From Fidelibacterota bacterium (GTDB taxonomy: Bacteria > Fidelibacterota > Marinisomatia > Marinisomatales > Marinisomataceae), in contig OZ243041.1 in assembly GCA_965212055.1 (NCBI GenBank), positions 864,001 through 928,000 of the forward strand: DNA of 64,000 bases, read 5' to 3'. A program made the translations under genes and the position numbers. The notes beneath the pieces were generated by a model, which saw nothing but the letters and a program-made list of their open reading frames with translations, had not been told where the DNA came from and searched no databases. Below, piece by piece: positions 21,270-31,798 of the stretch; the first letter of the stretch is position 1; each line of letters begins with the position of its first letter.

Positions 21270-21983
21270 TTAATTTTCAGATTCAGACTTATAAAGGAAA
21301 CGCCCACAATTACTACAAAAAACCACCTGTTTTGCTAATGCTTCATTGACAAGTTGTGCGGGAACAAATGCGCCACACGCTTCACAATTATTATCAAGCA
21401 CTGCAGAAAGTGCGATTCCATTTTTTGCCTCATAAATAGTGTCATATTGAGATAATACATTCGAATCAATTCCTTTAACAATATTGGCACGTTCTATATC
21501 TAATGCATTCTTTTCTTCTGACACTTCTGCTAGCTTTGCCTCTAATGCTTTCTTCTTGGTATTTAAATCTTCAATCAATGTATCTAGATTAGTTTTATCT
21601 TCTTCGATTTCTTTAGATAATGTATCTTTGGTTTCCATTAATGTAAGAAGTTCAGTTTCTTTCTCACTAACAAGATTTTTTTCATAATCAATGGAATCCA
21701 TCATGGCATCATATTCTTTATTCGTACTAATAGAACCATCGGTAAGTCTATCTTTTAGTGTATTGACTTTTTCTTGAGCAGTAGCAATGAAAGTTTCTGA
21801 AGTTTGCATATCCACGATAGTTGTTTTGAGTGAATTTTCTTTTTCTAAGAGGGAATTTTTAAGAGCCTCTTGTTGTTGAGTTAACTCTTCGACTTGTGTT
21901 GGAAGACCCCCTAGTAGTTTGTTGATTTCAAATAATTTACTGTCAATATCATGCAATAAGATTATTTGATCAACAATAGACAT
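21270..21983 (-). CDS. C4-type zinc-ribbon coiled-coil protein (DUF164 family)
   Basis: Coiled coil with KEY motif, CEAC...CSNCGRFLY; commonly next to rnpB. Confidence 0.88.
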   Translation of the reverse strand: MSIVDQIILLHDIDSKLFEINKLLGGLPTQVEELTQQQEALKNSLLEKENSLKTTIVDMQTSETFIATAQEKVNTLKDRLTDGSISTNKEYDAMMDSIDYEKNLVSEKETELLTLMETKDTLSKEIEEDKTNLDTLIEDLNTKKKALEAKLAEVSEEKNALDIERANIVKGIDSNVLSQYDTIYEAKNGIALSAVLDNNCEACGAFVPAQLVNEALAKQVVFCSNCGRFLYKSESEN

Positions 21984-22089
21984 TTATGTCCTAAGAAGCG
22001 GGTGGTAATTTCCAATCATATGCGAAAAGAATATATTTCAATTCAATATTAAAAAAAACTGTTTTATTTTGGATGAAACTTTTAAATAA

Positions 22090-23205
22090 ATGAAAAATTA
22101 TACATTTACTTCAGAATCGGTAACGGAAGGTCATCCTGATAAGGTAGCTGACTTGATATCTGATGCCATTGCAGATTATATTATTGATCACAATCAATCG
22201 CATAGAGCTGCTATTGAAACATTGGTAACAACCAATATGGTTATGGTTGCAGGTGAATATAAAAGTAGTCAAAACATAGATGATCAAGTAGTAGAAGATA
22301 TCGTGAGAAATACTGTCCGTGAAATTGGATATGATCAAGAAGGATTTCATTGGAAAAAGTTGACATTGCATAGCAATTTACGTGAACAAAGTGCTGACAT
22401 TGCATTAGGAACTGATAACTTTGGTGCAGGAGATCAAGGAATGATGTTTGGATATGCATGCAATGAAACCGATAGCTTGATGCCTAGCCCAATTGATTAT
22501 AGTCACAGAATTACAAAAGCACTAGCAGATGCAAGACACAATGGAATATCTTGGTTGGGACCAGACGGTAAAAGTCAAATTACATTTTTATATTCTGATA
22601 TCAATACCCCAGTTGGTATTTCTAATATTGTCTGTAGTACCCAACATGACCCATCACTTACAACAGAAGAGGTTGAAACAGGTGTAAGAGAGATTATCAA
22701 TCCAATTGTCTCTGATTATGTTGATGATGATACAACATTCTTCATTAATCCAACAGGCCAATTTGTGATTGGGGGACCAGATGGCGATACTGGTCTTACG
22801 GGAAGAAAAATTATTGTCGACACGTATGGAGGCTATGCACCACATGGTGGTGGTGCATTTAGTGGAAAAGATTGTGTGAAAGTTGATAGAAGTGGTGCAT
22901 ATATAGCTCGATATCTTGCCAAAAATATTGTTGCAAGTGGTATGGCAAATAATGCTACGATACAATTAAGCTATGCAATTGGGATTAAACAACCAACTTC
23001 GCTTTATGTATACGCTGATGGACAAGTAAGAGTTAATTTGGCAGATTGGTTTAAAAATAATATTGATTTAACTCCATTAGGTATTATCAATAAATTTGAT
23101 TTGTTTAATATCAAATTAACTGATACAACAAATTATGGACATTTTGGAAAAGATAATCTTCCTTGGGAAAAAACAGATTTAACCGATGAACTAAAAACTT
23201 TATGA
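22090..23205 (+). CDS. metK: S-adenosylmethionine synthetase
   Basis: [47 protein letters not shown]. Confidence 0.97.
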   Translation: MKNYTFTSESVTEGHPDKVADLISDAIADYIIDHNQSHRAAIETLVTTNMVMVAGEYKSSQNIDDQVVEDIVRNTVREIGYDQEGFHWKKLTLHSNLREQSADIALGTDNFGAGDQGMMFGYACNETDSLMPSPIDYSHRITKALADARHNGISWLGPDGKSQITFLYSDINTPVGISNIVCSTQHDPSLTTEEVETGVREIINPIVSDYVDDDTTFFINPTGQFVIGGPDGDTGLTGRKIIVDTYGGYAPHGGGAFSGKDCVKVDRSGAYIARYLAKNIVASGMANNATIQLSYAIGIKQPTSLYVYADGQVRVNLADWFKNNIDLTPLGIINKFDLFNIKLTDTTNYGHFGKDNLPWEKTDLTDELKTL

Positions 23206-24611
23206 GTAAAAAATACAAAATAAAAGATATTGCTTTAGCTGGATTAGGAAGAAAAAAAATTACTATCTCTGAAAAAGAAATGCCTGGATTAATGGAATTA
23301 CGTCAAAAATATGCTAAAACAAAACCATTAAAAAATTTAAGATTAACTGGATCGCTACATATGACTGTAGAAACAGCCATATTGATTGAAACCTTAAAGG
23401 AATTAGGAGCAAATGTCAGATGGGCGAGTTGTAATATTTTTTCCACGCAGGATGATGCAGCGGCAGCCATTGCAAAGACTAATACACCTGTATTCGCCTG
23501 GAAAGGTGAAACTTTAGAAGAATACTGGCAATGTACACTGGATGCATTGCATTTTGGAAAAAACTTGGGGCCAAACCTAATTGTAGATGATGGTGGAGAT
23601 GCTACATTGCTTATTCATAAAGGATATCAATTAGAAGAATACCATAATAAATACAAAAAACTACCTGAAATAACAGCATCAGTTGAAGAAGAAATAATTA
23701 TAGAAACATTATTACAAAAATTTCACAAAAAAAATCCGAACTATTGGCATACTATTATCCCTGATATTATTGGTGTTTCTGAAGAAACAACCACTGGTGT
23801 TCTACGATTAGAACAAATGCATACAGAAAAAACATTATTATTTGCTGCATTTAACGTAAATGATTCAGCTACCAAATCAAAATTTGATAATTTATATGGT
23901 TGTCGAGAATCTTTAGCAGATGGTATTAAACGCTCAACCGAAATTATGTTAGCTGGTAAAACGGTGGTAGTTTGTGGATACGGAGATGTTGGAAAAGGAT
24001 GTGCGCAATCAATGAAGTCATATGGATGTAAAGTGATTGTAACTGAAATTGATCCAATTTGTGCATTACAAGCATCAATGGAAGGATTTCCAGTTAAAAA
24101 AATTGAAGACACTTTAAAAAAAGGTAATATTTTTGTAACAGCAACTGGTAATAGAGATGTAATCACTTTAAAACATATGAGACAAATGAAAGATCAAGCT
24201 ATTGTTTGTAATATTGGACATTTTGATAATGAAATTCAAATGGATGCATTAAATAAATCAAATGCAGTCAAAAAACAAATTAAACCTCAATATGATTGTT
24301 ATACTTTTCCAAATAAAAAACAGATTTTTATTCTTTCAGAAGGTAGGCTGGTAAATTTAGGTTCTGCTACTGGTCATGCAAGTTTTGTAATGTCGACATC
24401 ATTTTCAAATCAAGTACTAGCACAAATATTCTTAGCAAAAAATAAACCAAAAACAGGATTATATCATCTACCAAAACAATTAGATGAGCAAGTAGCACGA
24501 TTACACTTAAAACATTTAGGTGTTAATCTAACGCTACTTACAAAAAAACAAGCAAAATATATTGGTGTTGATATCAAGGGACCATATAAGAAAGACAAGT
24601 ACAGATACTAG
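23202..24611 (+). CDS. ahcY: S-adenosylhomocysteine hydrolase
   Basis: [43 protein letters not shown], terminal YRY. Confidence 0.97.
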   Translation: MSKKYKIKDIALAGLGRKKITISEKEMPGLMELRQKYAKTKPLKNLRLTGSLHMTVETAILIETLKELGANVRWASCNIFSTQDDAAAAIAKTNTPVFAWKGETLEEYWQCTLDALHFGKNLGPNLIVDDGGDATLLIHKGYQLEEYHNKYKKLPEITASVEEEIIIETLLQKFHKKNPNYWHTIIPDIIGVSEETTTGVLRLEQMHTEKTLLFAAFNVNDSATKSKFDNLYGCRESLADGIKRSTEIMLAGKTVVVCGYGDVGKGCAQSMKSYGCKVIVTEIDPICALQASMEGFPVKKIEDTLKKGNIFVTATGNRDVITLKHMRQMKDQAIVCNIGHFDNEIQMDALNKSNAVKKQIKPQYDCYTFPNKKQIFILSEGRLVNLGSATGHASFVMSTSFSNQVLAQIFLAKNKPKTGLYHLPKQLDEQVARLHLKHLGVNLTLLTKKQAKYIGVDIKGPYKKDKYRY

Positions 24612-24617
24612 AAAATA

Positions 24618-26432
24618 TTAATCTAATATTTTTCTCATTGATTCTTGATCATTGTCATTGATTGCTTTTATAATAGATTCTATCCGTTGTTCAACATCAT
24701 CTGCATTTCTATTCTCTGTTGATAATAGTATTTGAGGATGCTCTGTTTTTGAAACAGGATTTTCACTTAATATTTCATGTAATTTTTCACCTTGCTTTAA
24801 TCCTGTTATAGTTATACCGATATCGCCATCTGGATTAGATTCTGATTTAATTGTATTACCACTTAAATGAATCATTCTTTTTGCAATATCTAAAATTTTT
24901 ATTGGAGTTCCCATATCTAAGACAAATACTTCTCCCCCTTTTCCTATAACTGATGCTTTAATTACTAATTTAACAGCTTCTTCAATCGACATAAAAAATC
25001 TAGTCACATTTGCATCTGTAAGTGTTAAATCTTGACCTTTTTTAATTTGATGTTTAAATATTTGAATCACAGATCCCGAAGAATTGAATACATTACCAAA
25101 TCTAACAGATGAATAAATACCATTATTATTTTTTCTATTAAAATTTTCAACAATTAATTCACAAAACTTTTTTGTTTGACCCATCACAGTAGAAGGGTTT
25201 GCAGCTTTATCTGTACTAATCATTACAAAATTTTTCACATTATTTTTGGAACACTCATTGACCAAATAATATGTACCAATAACATTATTTTTTATTGCAG
25301 ATTTAATTTCACTTTCTAGAATATTTACATGTTTATAAGCAGCTGCATGATAAACAGTATCAATCTTAAAATCTGTAAAAATTGTTTTTAATAAATCCTT
25401 ATCTGCAATATTGACAAGTTTAGAAACTACCTTAGAATTATTATTCATTGTTTTTAATTCTGATTCAATTTTAAATAATCCAAATTCTGAATTATCCAGA
25501 ATAATTAATAATTTTGGTTTATTAGCAACAATTTGCTTTGAAAGTATGCTACCAATAGAACCTCCAGCGCCAGTTACTAGAACAATTTTGTTCTTAATAA
25601 TTTTATTTTCTTCATCACTAAGTTTTATTCCATCATTCACTTTACGGCTAATAAAATCTTCAAGAGATAAATGTTTTAAATCATCAAATGAACCTTTTTT
25701 AGATATAATATCTTGCAAATCAGGTATTTTAAAAACTTTAATAGGAAAAGAGGTAATTGAATCAAATAAATTGCTATCAAGCTCTTTAAGATTATGATGG
25801 CTAGCAATAAATAATTTAGAGATATTGTGTTTCTCTACTATCTTCTTGAAACTATTAATGTTAAATATTTCAACACCATCTATAAACCGACCTTTATTTC
25901 TTTCTTCAGAACTAATTATAGCAACTAGTTCAAAATTAACAGCACTAGAAGCTAGATTAACAGCTTCATCGATATCTTCATAATCAGTATATAAAATAAT
26001 TTTTTCTTTTGGAGAAAAATTTTCATAAAGCAAAAATCTTGCTATCATTCTTGATAGAAGAATTAAGAAAAATGCTATAAATCCACTATTAAAAATTATC
26101 TCAGATGCAATAATATCTTTGATTATAAATTTTATAAATAAGTAATAGGAAAAAAATGATAATACTATACCAATTATTAAATTAGAAATGTATCTAAGTC
26201 CAATATTTTTAATAACATTGTCATGAATTTTTCTATAAAAAAAGAAAATCCCTGAAATACCCAGAAATAGAATATAATATCTATCAAATACGAAAAGCTT
26301 ATCGGCTACGAATCCACTAATTATGAATGAAAATGTAACTAAAAAAATATCGTTAAGAATAACGATAAGGCGTTTTATTTTTCTATCTCGTAAGGTGAAT
26401 AATGTTGTTAATTTTTCTTTGTTCTTAATCAT
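24618..26432 (-). CDS. membrane-anchored UDP-GlcNAc 4,6-dehydratase (PglF/WbpM/CapD family)
   Basis: 4 N-terminal TMs, TGAGGSIGS, HAAAYKHV, STDKA, VRFGNV, GEKLHE. Confidence 0.92.
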   Translation of the reverse strand: MIKNKEKLTTLFTLRDRKIKRLIVILNDIFLVTFSFIISGFVADKLFVFDRYYILFLGISGIFFFYRKIHDNVIKNIGLRYISNLIIGIVLSFFSYYLFIKFIIKDIIASEIIFNSGFIAFFLILLSRMIARFLLYENFSPKEKIILYTDYEDIDEAVNLASSAVNFELVAIISSEERNKGRFIDGVEIFNINSFKKIVEKHNISKLFIASHHNLKELDSNLFDSITSFPIKVFKIPDLQDIISKKGSFDDLKHLSLEDFISRKVNDGIKLSDEENKIIKNKIVLVTGAGGSIGSILSKQIVANKPKLLIILDNSEFGLFKIESELKTMNNNSKVVSKLVNIADKDLLKTIFTDFKIDTVYHAAAYKHVNILESEIKSAIKNNVIGTYYLVNECSKNNVKNFVMISTDKAANPSTVMGQTKKFCELIVENFNRKNNNGIYSSVRFGNVFNSSGSVIQIFKHQIKKGQDLTLTDANVTRFFMSIEEAVKLVIKASVIGKGGEVFVLDMGTPIKILDIAKRMIHLSGNTIKSESNPDGDIGITITGLKQGEKLHEILSENPVSKTEHPQILLSTENRNADDVEQRIESIIKAINDNDQESMRKILD

Positions 26433-26437
26433 TTTTT

Positions 26438-26998
26438 TTAATCTAAAATATCTTTTGCTAAAAGAACCTTAATAAAAGTTTTATACAAAATTATTATATT
26501 AAATCTAAAATTTCTGTTTTTAAGATAATAATAATCATATTCAGTCTTTTCCTTTATAGATAACGAATCTCTACCATTTACTTGTGCCCAACCAGTAATA
26601 CCAGGTTTTAAATGATTAATGTTATATTTGTCTCTTAATTTAATAAGATCATCTTGATTAAATAATGCAGGCCTTGGACCAATAAAATTAATATCCCCTA
26701 AAAAGATATTAATAAGTTGAGGTAATTCATCTATACTATATTTTCTTAGAAAATTGCCAGAACGTAAAATTTGGTTATTTTTATTTTTCATTAAATGTGT
26801 GGCTAAATCTTTTGTATTTTTTTTCATAGTTCTAAATTTAATAATATTAAAGATGGTCTTATCTTTACCTACTCTTTTCTGTTTAAAAAAAATAGGAAAT
26901 CCATCATCAATAATAATAAGAATACTTACCAAAATCAAAATAGGGAATAATACTACAATAAGTATTAATGAAGTAATTTTATTCAAAATATTTCCCAT
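26438..26998 (-). CDS. initiating polyprenol-phosphate sugar phosphotransferase (bacterial sugar transferase)
   Basis: KFRTM, IDELPQ, GPRP, KPGITGWAQVNGR. Confidence 0.92.
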   Translation of the reverse strand: MGNILNKITSLILIVVLFPILILVSILIIIDDGFPIFFKQKRVGKDKTIFNIIKFRTMKKNTKDLATHLMKNKNNQILRSGNFLRKYSIDELPQLINIFLGDINFIGPRPALFNQDDLIKLRDKYNINHLKPGITGWAQVNGRDSLSIKEKTEYDYYYLKNRNFRFNIIILYKTFIKVLLAKDILD

Positions 26999-27065
26999 AG
27001 TTCTCTAAGTTTTAGATATTAATTTGTTAATTTATTTTAAGTTTAAGGATATATTCTAATAGATT

Positions 27066-28305
27066 GTGGAAAAATTACCTAAAAATATTTTAATTATATC
27101 TCCTCTTTATCATCCAGAAATAAATAGAGTAAATGATTTAGTGGGTTATTTATTAAAAAAAAATCATAGAATAACCATTGTATGTCCAATACCTAATTAT
27201 CCTGAAGGAAAATATTATAAAAATTATGGTATCTTTAAAAAAAGATACGAGAAATTTGATAATTTGACTATTGTAAGGATATTAGTACATCCAAGAAAAA
27301 ATGGATCAAAAATAAATTTATTTCTCAATTATTTATCATTTATAATCTTTAGCGTTATTCCTGCTATTATTTTATCCTTTAGAAAATTTGATTTAGTATT
27401 TGTTAATCAAGTATCTCCAATTACAATTGCAATGCCTGGTATTATTATAAAAAAAATTAGGCGGATACCTATGGTTATGTGGGTAACAGATTTATGGCCA
27501 GAAAGTGTTAAAGATGCAGGAAATCTGAAATCTAATTTTATACCAAATTTACTTTTACCAATAGTAAAATATATTTATAGAAACTGTAATCAAATATTGG
27601 TGTCTTCAAGATCTTTTATTAACTCTATAAGTGAAAAAACAAAAAATAAAGATATAGTTTATATGCCTCAATGGGGTGAGACAACATTCACAGACAATAA
27701 ATCCACAAGCTTTTACTAATGAATCAGTAGAAAAAATAACAGATTTTAAAATAATGTTTGCTGGTAATATTGGTATGGCTCAAGATTTTAATTCTATTAT
27801 TAATGCAATCAATAAAGTAAAAAATTATCCAATTCATTTAGTTGTTTTGGGAGGAGGTAGAGGGAAAAAAGATGCAGTAAACAAAGTTAAAGAAATGGGT
27901 TTGGAATCTAAAATTTCCTTTTTGGGATCTTTTCCATTAGAAACCATGCCTTATTTTTTTAACAAAGCAGATGCTTTACTAATTAGTCTTAAAAAAAGTG
28001 AGATATTCGCAAAAACAATTCCTGCTAAAACACAATCATATATGGCTTTTGGTAAACCTATACTAATAAATGCTGATGGTGAAGTATCAAGGATTATAGA
28101 AGAATCTAAAAGTGGATTGGTTGCAAATTCAGGCAATTATACTCTTTTGGCAAAAAACATGTTAAAATTGAGTCAATTACCTAAAAAAGATCTTGAAACG
28201 ATGACTAATAATTGTAAAAAGTATTATGAAAAAAATTTTAATAGAAAAAAAATTCTTAATAATTTCGAAGAAATAATACATAACATTATAGACAACAAGA
28301 AATAA
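27066..28305 (+). CDS. GT4 glycosyltransferase, WbuB-like, interrupted by a frameshift near 27711
   Basis: PNYPEG, NQVSP, DLWPES in first frame; FAGNIG.AQ, PAKTQSYMAFGKP in second frame. Confidence 0.85.
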
Positions 28306-28321
28306 ATCTACTAGGAATAAT

Positions 28322-29059
28322 ATGAGATTAATTTTATTAAGACATGGTGAAAGTGAATGGAATCTTCTTAATCAATTTACAGGATGGACTGATGTTGGTT
28401 TGACTGATAATGGTATCAAAGAAGCACAATTTTCAGCCGAACAAATTCTTAAAAAAAATATTGTTATAAATACTATTTATACATCTTTGCTTAAAAGGTC
28501 CACTCATACTGCTGAAATTATTGCAGATATAATTAATTTTGATAAAAAAAATATCCAATATAATTGGCGATTAAATGAAAGACATTATGGAGCTCTCCAA
28601 GGATTCAATAAGTCAGAAACAGCTAAAAAATATGGTGAAGATCAAGTACATGTATGGCGGAGAAGTTATGATATTGCTCCACCTTTATTATCAGATGACG
28701 ATAAAAGACATCCAAAATTTAATGAAAAGTTTAAAAATATTGGTGGAGATTTACCTGCTGGAGAAAGTTTAAAAAATGTGATTGATAGATTAAATCCATT
28801 TTGGAATCAGTATTTAAAGAATATCAAAGAAAATCCAGGTAATCATTTAATTGTAGCTCATAGCAACTCTTTAAGAGCAATTGTAAAAATATTAGATCAA
28901 TTATCTGATGGAGAAATTGTATCGATGAATATTCCTACAGGTGTTCCTTTGGTATATAAATTGGATAATAATTGCGATGTTATTAATAAGGAATATTTAA
29001 TTGATCAAGCTAAGTTAGAAAAAAAGCAAGAAATGATAGTAAATCAAGGCAAAGCATAA
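28322..29059 (+). CDS. gpmA: 2,3-bisphosphoglycerate-dependent phosphoglycerate mutase
   Basis: RHGESEWN, FTGWTD, NERHYGALQG, WRRSYD, AHSNSLRA, IPTG.P. Confidence 0.95.
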   Translation: MRLILLRHGESEWNLLNQFTGWTDVGLTDNGIKEAQFSAEQILKKNIVINTIYTSLLKRSTHTAEIIADIINFDKKNIQYNWRLNERHYGALQGFNKSETAKKYGEDQVHVWRRSYDIAPPLLSDDDKRHPKFNEKFKNIGGDLPAGESLKNVIDRLNPFWNQYLKNIKENPGNHLIVAHSNSLRAIVKILDQLSDGEIVSMNIPTGVPLVYKLDNNCDVINKEYLIDQAKLEKKQEMIVNQGKA

Positions 29060-29982
29060 TGAATTTAGATTTTTCAAAGATTAAAGTTTTATTAATTGGA
29101 GACTTTATGATAGATCACTATATCATTGGTACCTCCAATAGAATGTCTCCAGAAGCACCGGTTCCTGTAGTAATTCCAGAACAAGAATATTCAATACCAG
29201 GAGGAGCAGGAAATGTAGCTATGAATTTAAGTCTAATGGGAGCAAATGTAACATGCGTAGGGTGTATTGGTGATGATGATTGGGGTAAAAAATTAATTTC
29301 AATATTAAAAAATGAAGGTATAAATATAGAAGCCATAAATATAATTAATAATCACCCGACTACATTAAAACAAAGGATTTATTCAGATGGTAAACAAGTT
29401 GCGAGACTTGATACAGAAAAAATAATTAATTGGCAACCTGATTCTGAAATGAAACACGATTATAATGATTATGATATTATAATATTATCAGATTATAATA
29501 AAGGAGTGCTAAATGAACCATGGTTTAGTATAAATAATTTAGATAATGTAATAGTAGATCCTAAAAAAGATGTCTTTAGTCATTATAGCCAAGCAAATAT
29601 TATTACACCAAATTTAAATGAACTTCAAAGAGCTTCTAAAATTGAGATTAATGATGACAAATCGCTTGTAAATGCTTGTAATGAATTAATTCAAGAATGC
29701 AGTTTTAACTATATAATTGCAAAGAAAGGTAATAAAGGAATGACAATTGTCGGTAAAAACAATTTTGTTAAGCACATAAAAGCTCATTCTGTTGAAAATC
29801 CAGATGTCACAGGAGCAGGAGATACTGTTATTGCTGCCTTATCTCTCGCATTTGCTAAAACAAAAGATATAAAAATTTCTACAACAATTGCTAATGCTGC
29901 AGCTGCTGTAGTAGTAGGAAAGCCTGGCACTGCTACTGTTACTATTGATGAGATTAATAATTATATTTCTATAGATGAGTGA
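29059..29982 (+). CDS. D-glycero-beta-D-manno-heptose-7-phosphate kinase (stand-alone RfaE domain I / HldA)
   Basis: RMSPEAPVPV, GGAGNVA, SDYNKG, TPNLNE, DVTGAGDT. Confidence 0.9.
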   Translation: MNLDFSKIKVLLIGDFMIDHYIIGTSNRMSPEAPVPVVIPEQEYSIPGGAGNVAMNLSLMGANVTCVGCIGDDDWGKKLISILKNEGINIEAINIINNHPTTLKQRIYSDGKQVARLDTEKIINWQPDSEMKHDYNDYDIIILSDYNKGVLNEPWFSINNLDNVIVDPKKDVFSHYSQANIITPNLNELQRASKIEINDDKSLVNACNELIQECSFNYIIAKKGNKGMTIVGKNNFVKHIKAHSVENPDVTGAGDTVIAALSLAFAKTKDIKISTTIANAAAAVVVGKPGTATVTIDEINNYISIDE

Positions 29983-30535
29983 AAAATTAATAACTGAATC
30001 AATCGTACAGCATAGTACAGTGCTTGAGTCTTTAGATCAAGATACTATCGGTAAAGCTGCACAACTTATTGTGGAATCAATACACAATAATAGCAAAATT
30101 TTTTGGTGTGGAAACGGGGGAAGCGCTTCTCAAGCAAATCATCTTTCTGCTGAGCTTGTAGGAGGTATGTATCAAGAAAAAACTAAACCATGTCAATCCA
30201 TTTGTTTGAATGTTGATACAGCATTTATTACAGCTTGGTCTAATGATGATTCTTTTAATAATATTTTTGTTCGTCAACTAGAAGCACTAAGCAACAATGG
30301 AGATGTTTTAATTGTTTTGTCAACAAGTGGAAATTCTTTAAATATTGTCAATGCAACTAAATTTGCACAATCAAATGGTCTAACAGTTGTATCATTAACG
30401 GGTAATGGTGGTGGAGATGTAAAAAATTCTTCAGATATCAACATCAATATTAATAGTGATAATACCCAACGTATTCAAGAAATGCATATCTTAGTAGGTC
30501 ATATTATTTGCGAGATGGCTGAACAGTCACTATAA
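29975..30535 (+). CDS. gmhA: phosphoheptose isomerase
   Basis: GNGGSA...H..AELVG, STSGNS, RIQEMH. Confidence 0.88.
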   Translation: MSEKLITESIVQHSTVLESLDQDTIGKAAQLIVESIHNNSKIFWCGNGGSASQANHLSAELVGGMYQEKTKPCQSICLNVDTAFITAWSNDDSFNNIFVRQLEALSNNGDVLIVLSTSGNSLNIVNATKFAQSNGLTVVSLTGNGGGDVKNSSDINININSDNTQRIQEMHILVGHIICEMAEQSL

Positions 30536-31798
30536 CTCCCAGTTTATTCCAATTCCTACTCTACTTTCTCCACTTTCGTTATTTGCAATAAAAATATTAA
30601 AAGCAGGAATTTCTTTTTTATTCCTACTGTCCATTGTTTTACCAAAAATAAGTTTGTATTTAACTATATCATTAATATTAATTCTTCTTGATGCTTTTAT
30701 TTTATATTGATAACCAGAAAGAATTTTTCCACTAATACCCATATGAAAAACTTCCGTAGGCTCAACTTCGAGATGATTAATAAATGAATTACCAAGAGTG
30801 TAATCTTTATAACCCCAACCCATGCTATAAATCCCATGATTATAATATGCATCATTTACATATGGGGGATTCATATCTTGATGAGTTGTATCTAAATATT
30901 CAAATAAAATAGTAGTTTCTGGAATATAATTTTGCAATTCTATTCCCCATAATCCATCAATTTCGTTTCTAAATCTTAATCCACTAGTATCCTCAAAAAA
31001 ATGTTGATAATATAGTTTTAGTATTTGATTATTATTATTTTTTTGGAAAAACAATTCAGTCATACCTAAGTGATTTCCTAATGCATTTGGGTGAGCTCCT
31101 CCTTCATCAGGACCATCTTCAGATATAAAAACCTTTAAAAAATCTTTAAATGTATCTGGTTGATCTCCATCTATAACTGTACTCCCTCCCCACATTGCTT
31201 CGTGAACAAACCCAATACTAACTTGATAATTGTTTTTTCTGATATTCATATAAAGAAATTTTTCATGCAATAAAGGAGCTTTATTATAGGTATCATTTTT
31301 ATCAAAAAATCCATGCGCGATTCCAAAATCAAAATCAATTTTTTCAAGTTTTTTTATTTTTTGAGATGTTACTAAACCAATTTTTGGCATTGGTTTTGCA
31401 TTATTGCTTATTAACATATGTCCAGAACTAAGTTCATCGTTTAGATAATTACTGAAATCTCTGTAGTATCTTCCTACACGCAAAAATATCTTATCTGAAA
31501 AATTGTGTTTTATAAATGATTCGTTAAAATAAATGTTTTCTTCCTGTGCAAGAATATTAATTACATAAGTAGTTTTTAATGTTTCTAATTCCCAGTGACT
31601 TTGAAAATCAAAACTAGTAGGTGTTATTCCAAAATTGTTTTTTTCTAGCCACCAAGAATCCAAAATGTCAGGATTTGATTGGATTTTAAGTTTAATTTCC
31701 TGTTCTTGTGTAAATAACAATGTGTTTGCTATAAAGGGAAGAATTACAAAAAGTTTTAAGAATTTATTGATTTTGATAATTTTTAACTTTTTTAACAT
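30530..31798 (-). CDS. capsule assembly Wzi family outer-membrane protein
   Basis: SSG.M.ISNNA.P.P, LHEK..Y, GNHLG, YYNH.IY..GW pattern; C-terminal beta strand. Confidence 0.7.
   Translation of the reverse strand: MLKKLKIIKINKFLKLFVILPFIANTLLFTQEQEIKLKIQSNPDILDSWWLEKNNFGITPTSFDFQSHWELETLKTTYVINILAQEENIYFNESFIKHNFSDKIFLRVGRYYRDFSNYLNDELSSGHMLISNNAKPMPKIGLVTSQKIKKLEKIDFDFGIAHGFFDKNDTYNKAPLLHEKFLYMNIRKNNYQVSIGFVHEAMWGGSTVIDGDQPDTFKDFLKVFISEDGPDEGGAHPNALGNHLGMTELFFQKNNNNQILKLYYQHFFEDTSGLRFRNEIDGLWGIELQNYIPETTILFEYLDTTHQDMNPPYVNDAYYNHGIYSMGWGYKDYTLGNSFINHLEVEPTEVFHMGISGKILSGYQYKIKASRRININDIVKYKLIFGKTMDSRNKKEIPAFNIFIANNESGESRVGIGINWEL

Noticed and set aside
21984..22089. SAM or SAH riboswitch upstream of metK
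   Set aside because: Short AT-rich region; no SAM-I, SAM-II or SAM-V core recognised; an Rfam search would settle it
28322..29059. Histidine phosphatase standing in for GmhB
   Set aside because: All dPGM-specific motifs are present; ordinary GpmA is the simpler reading
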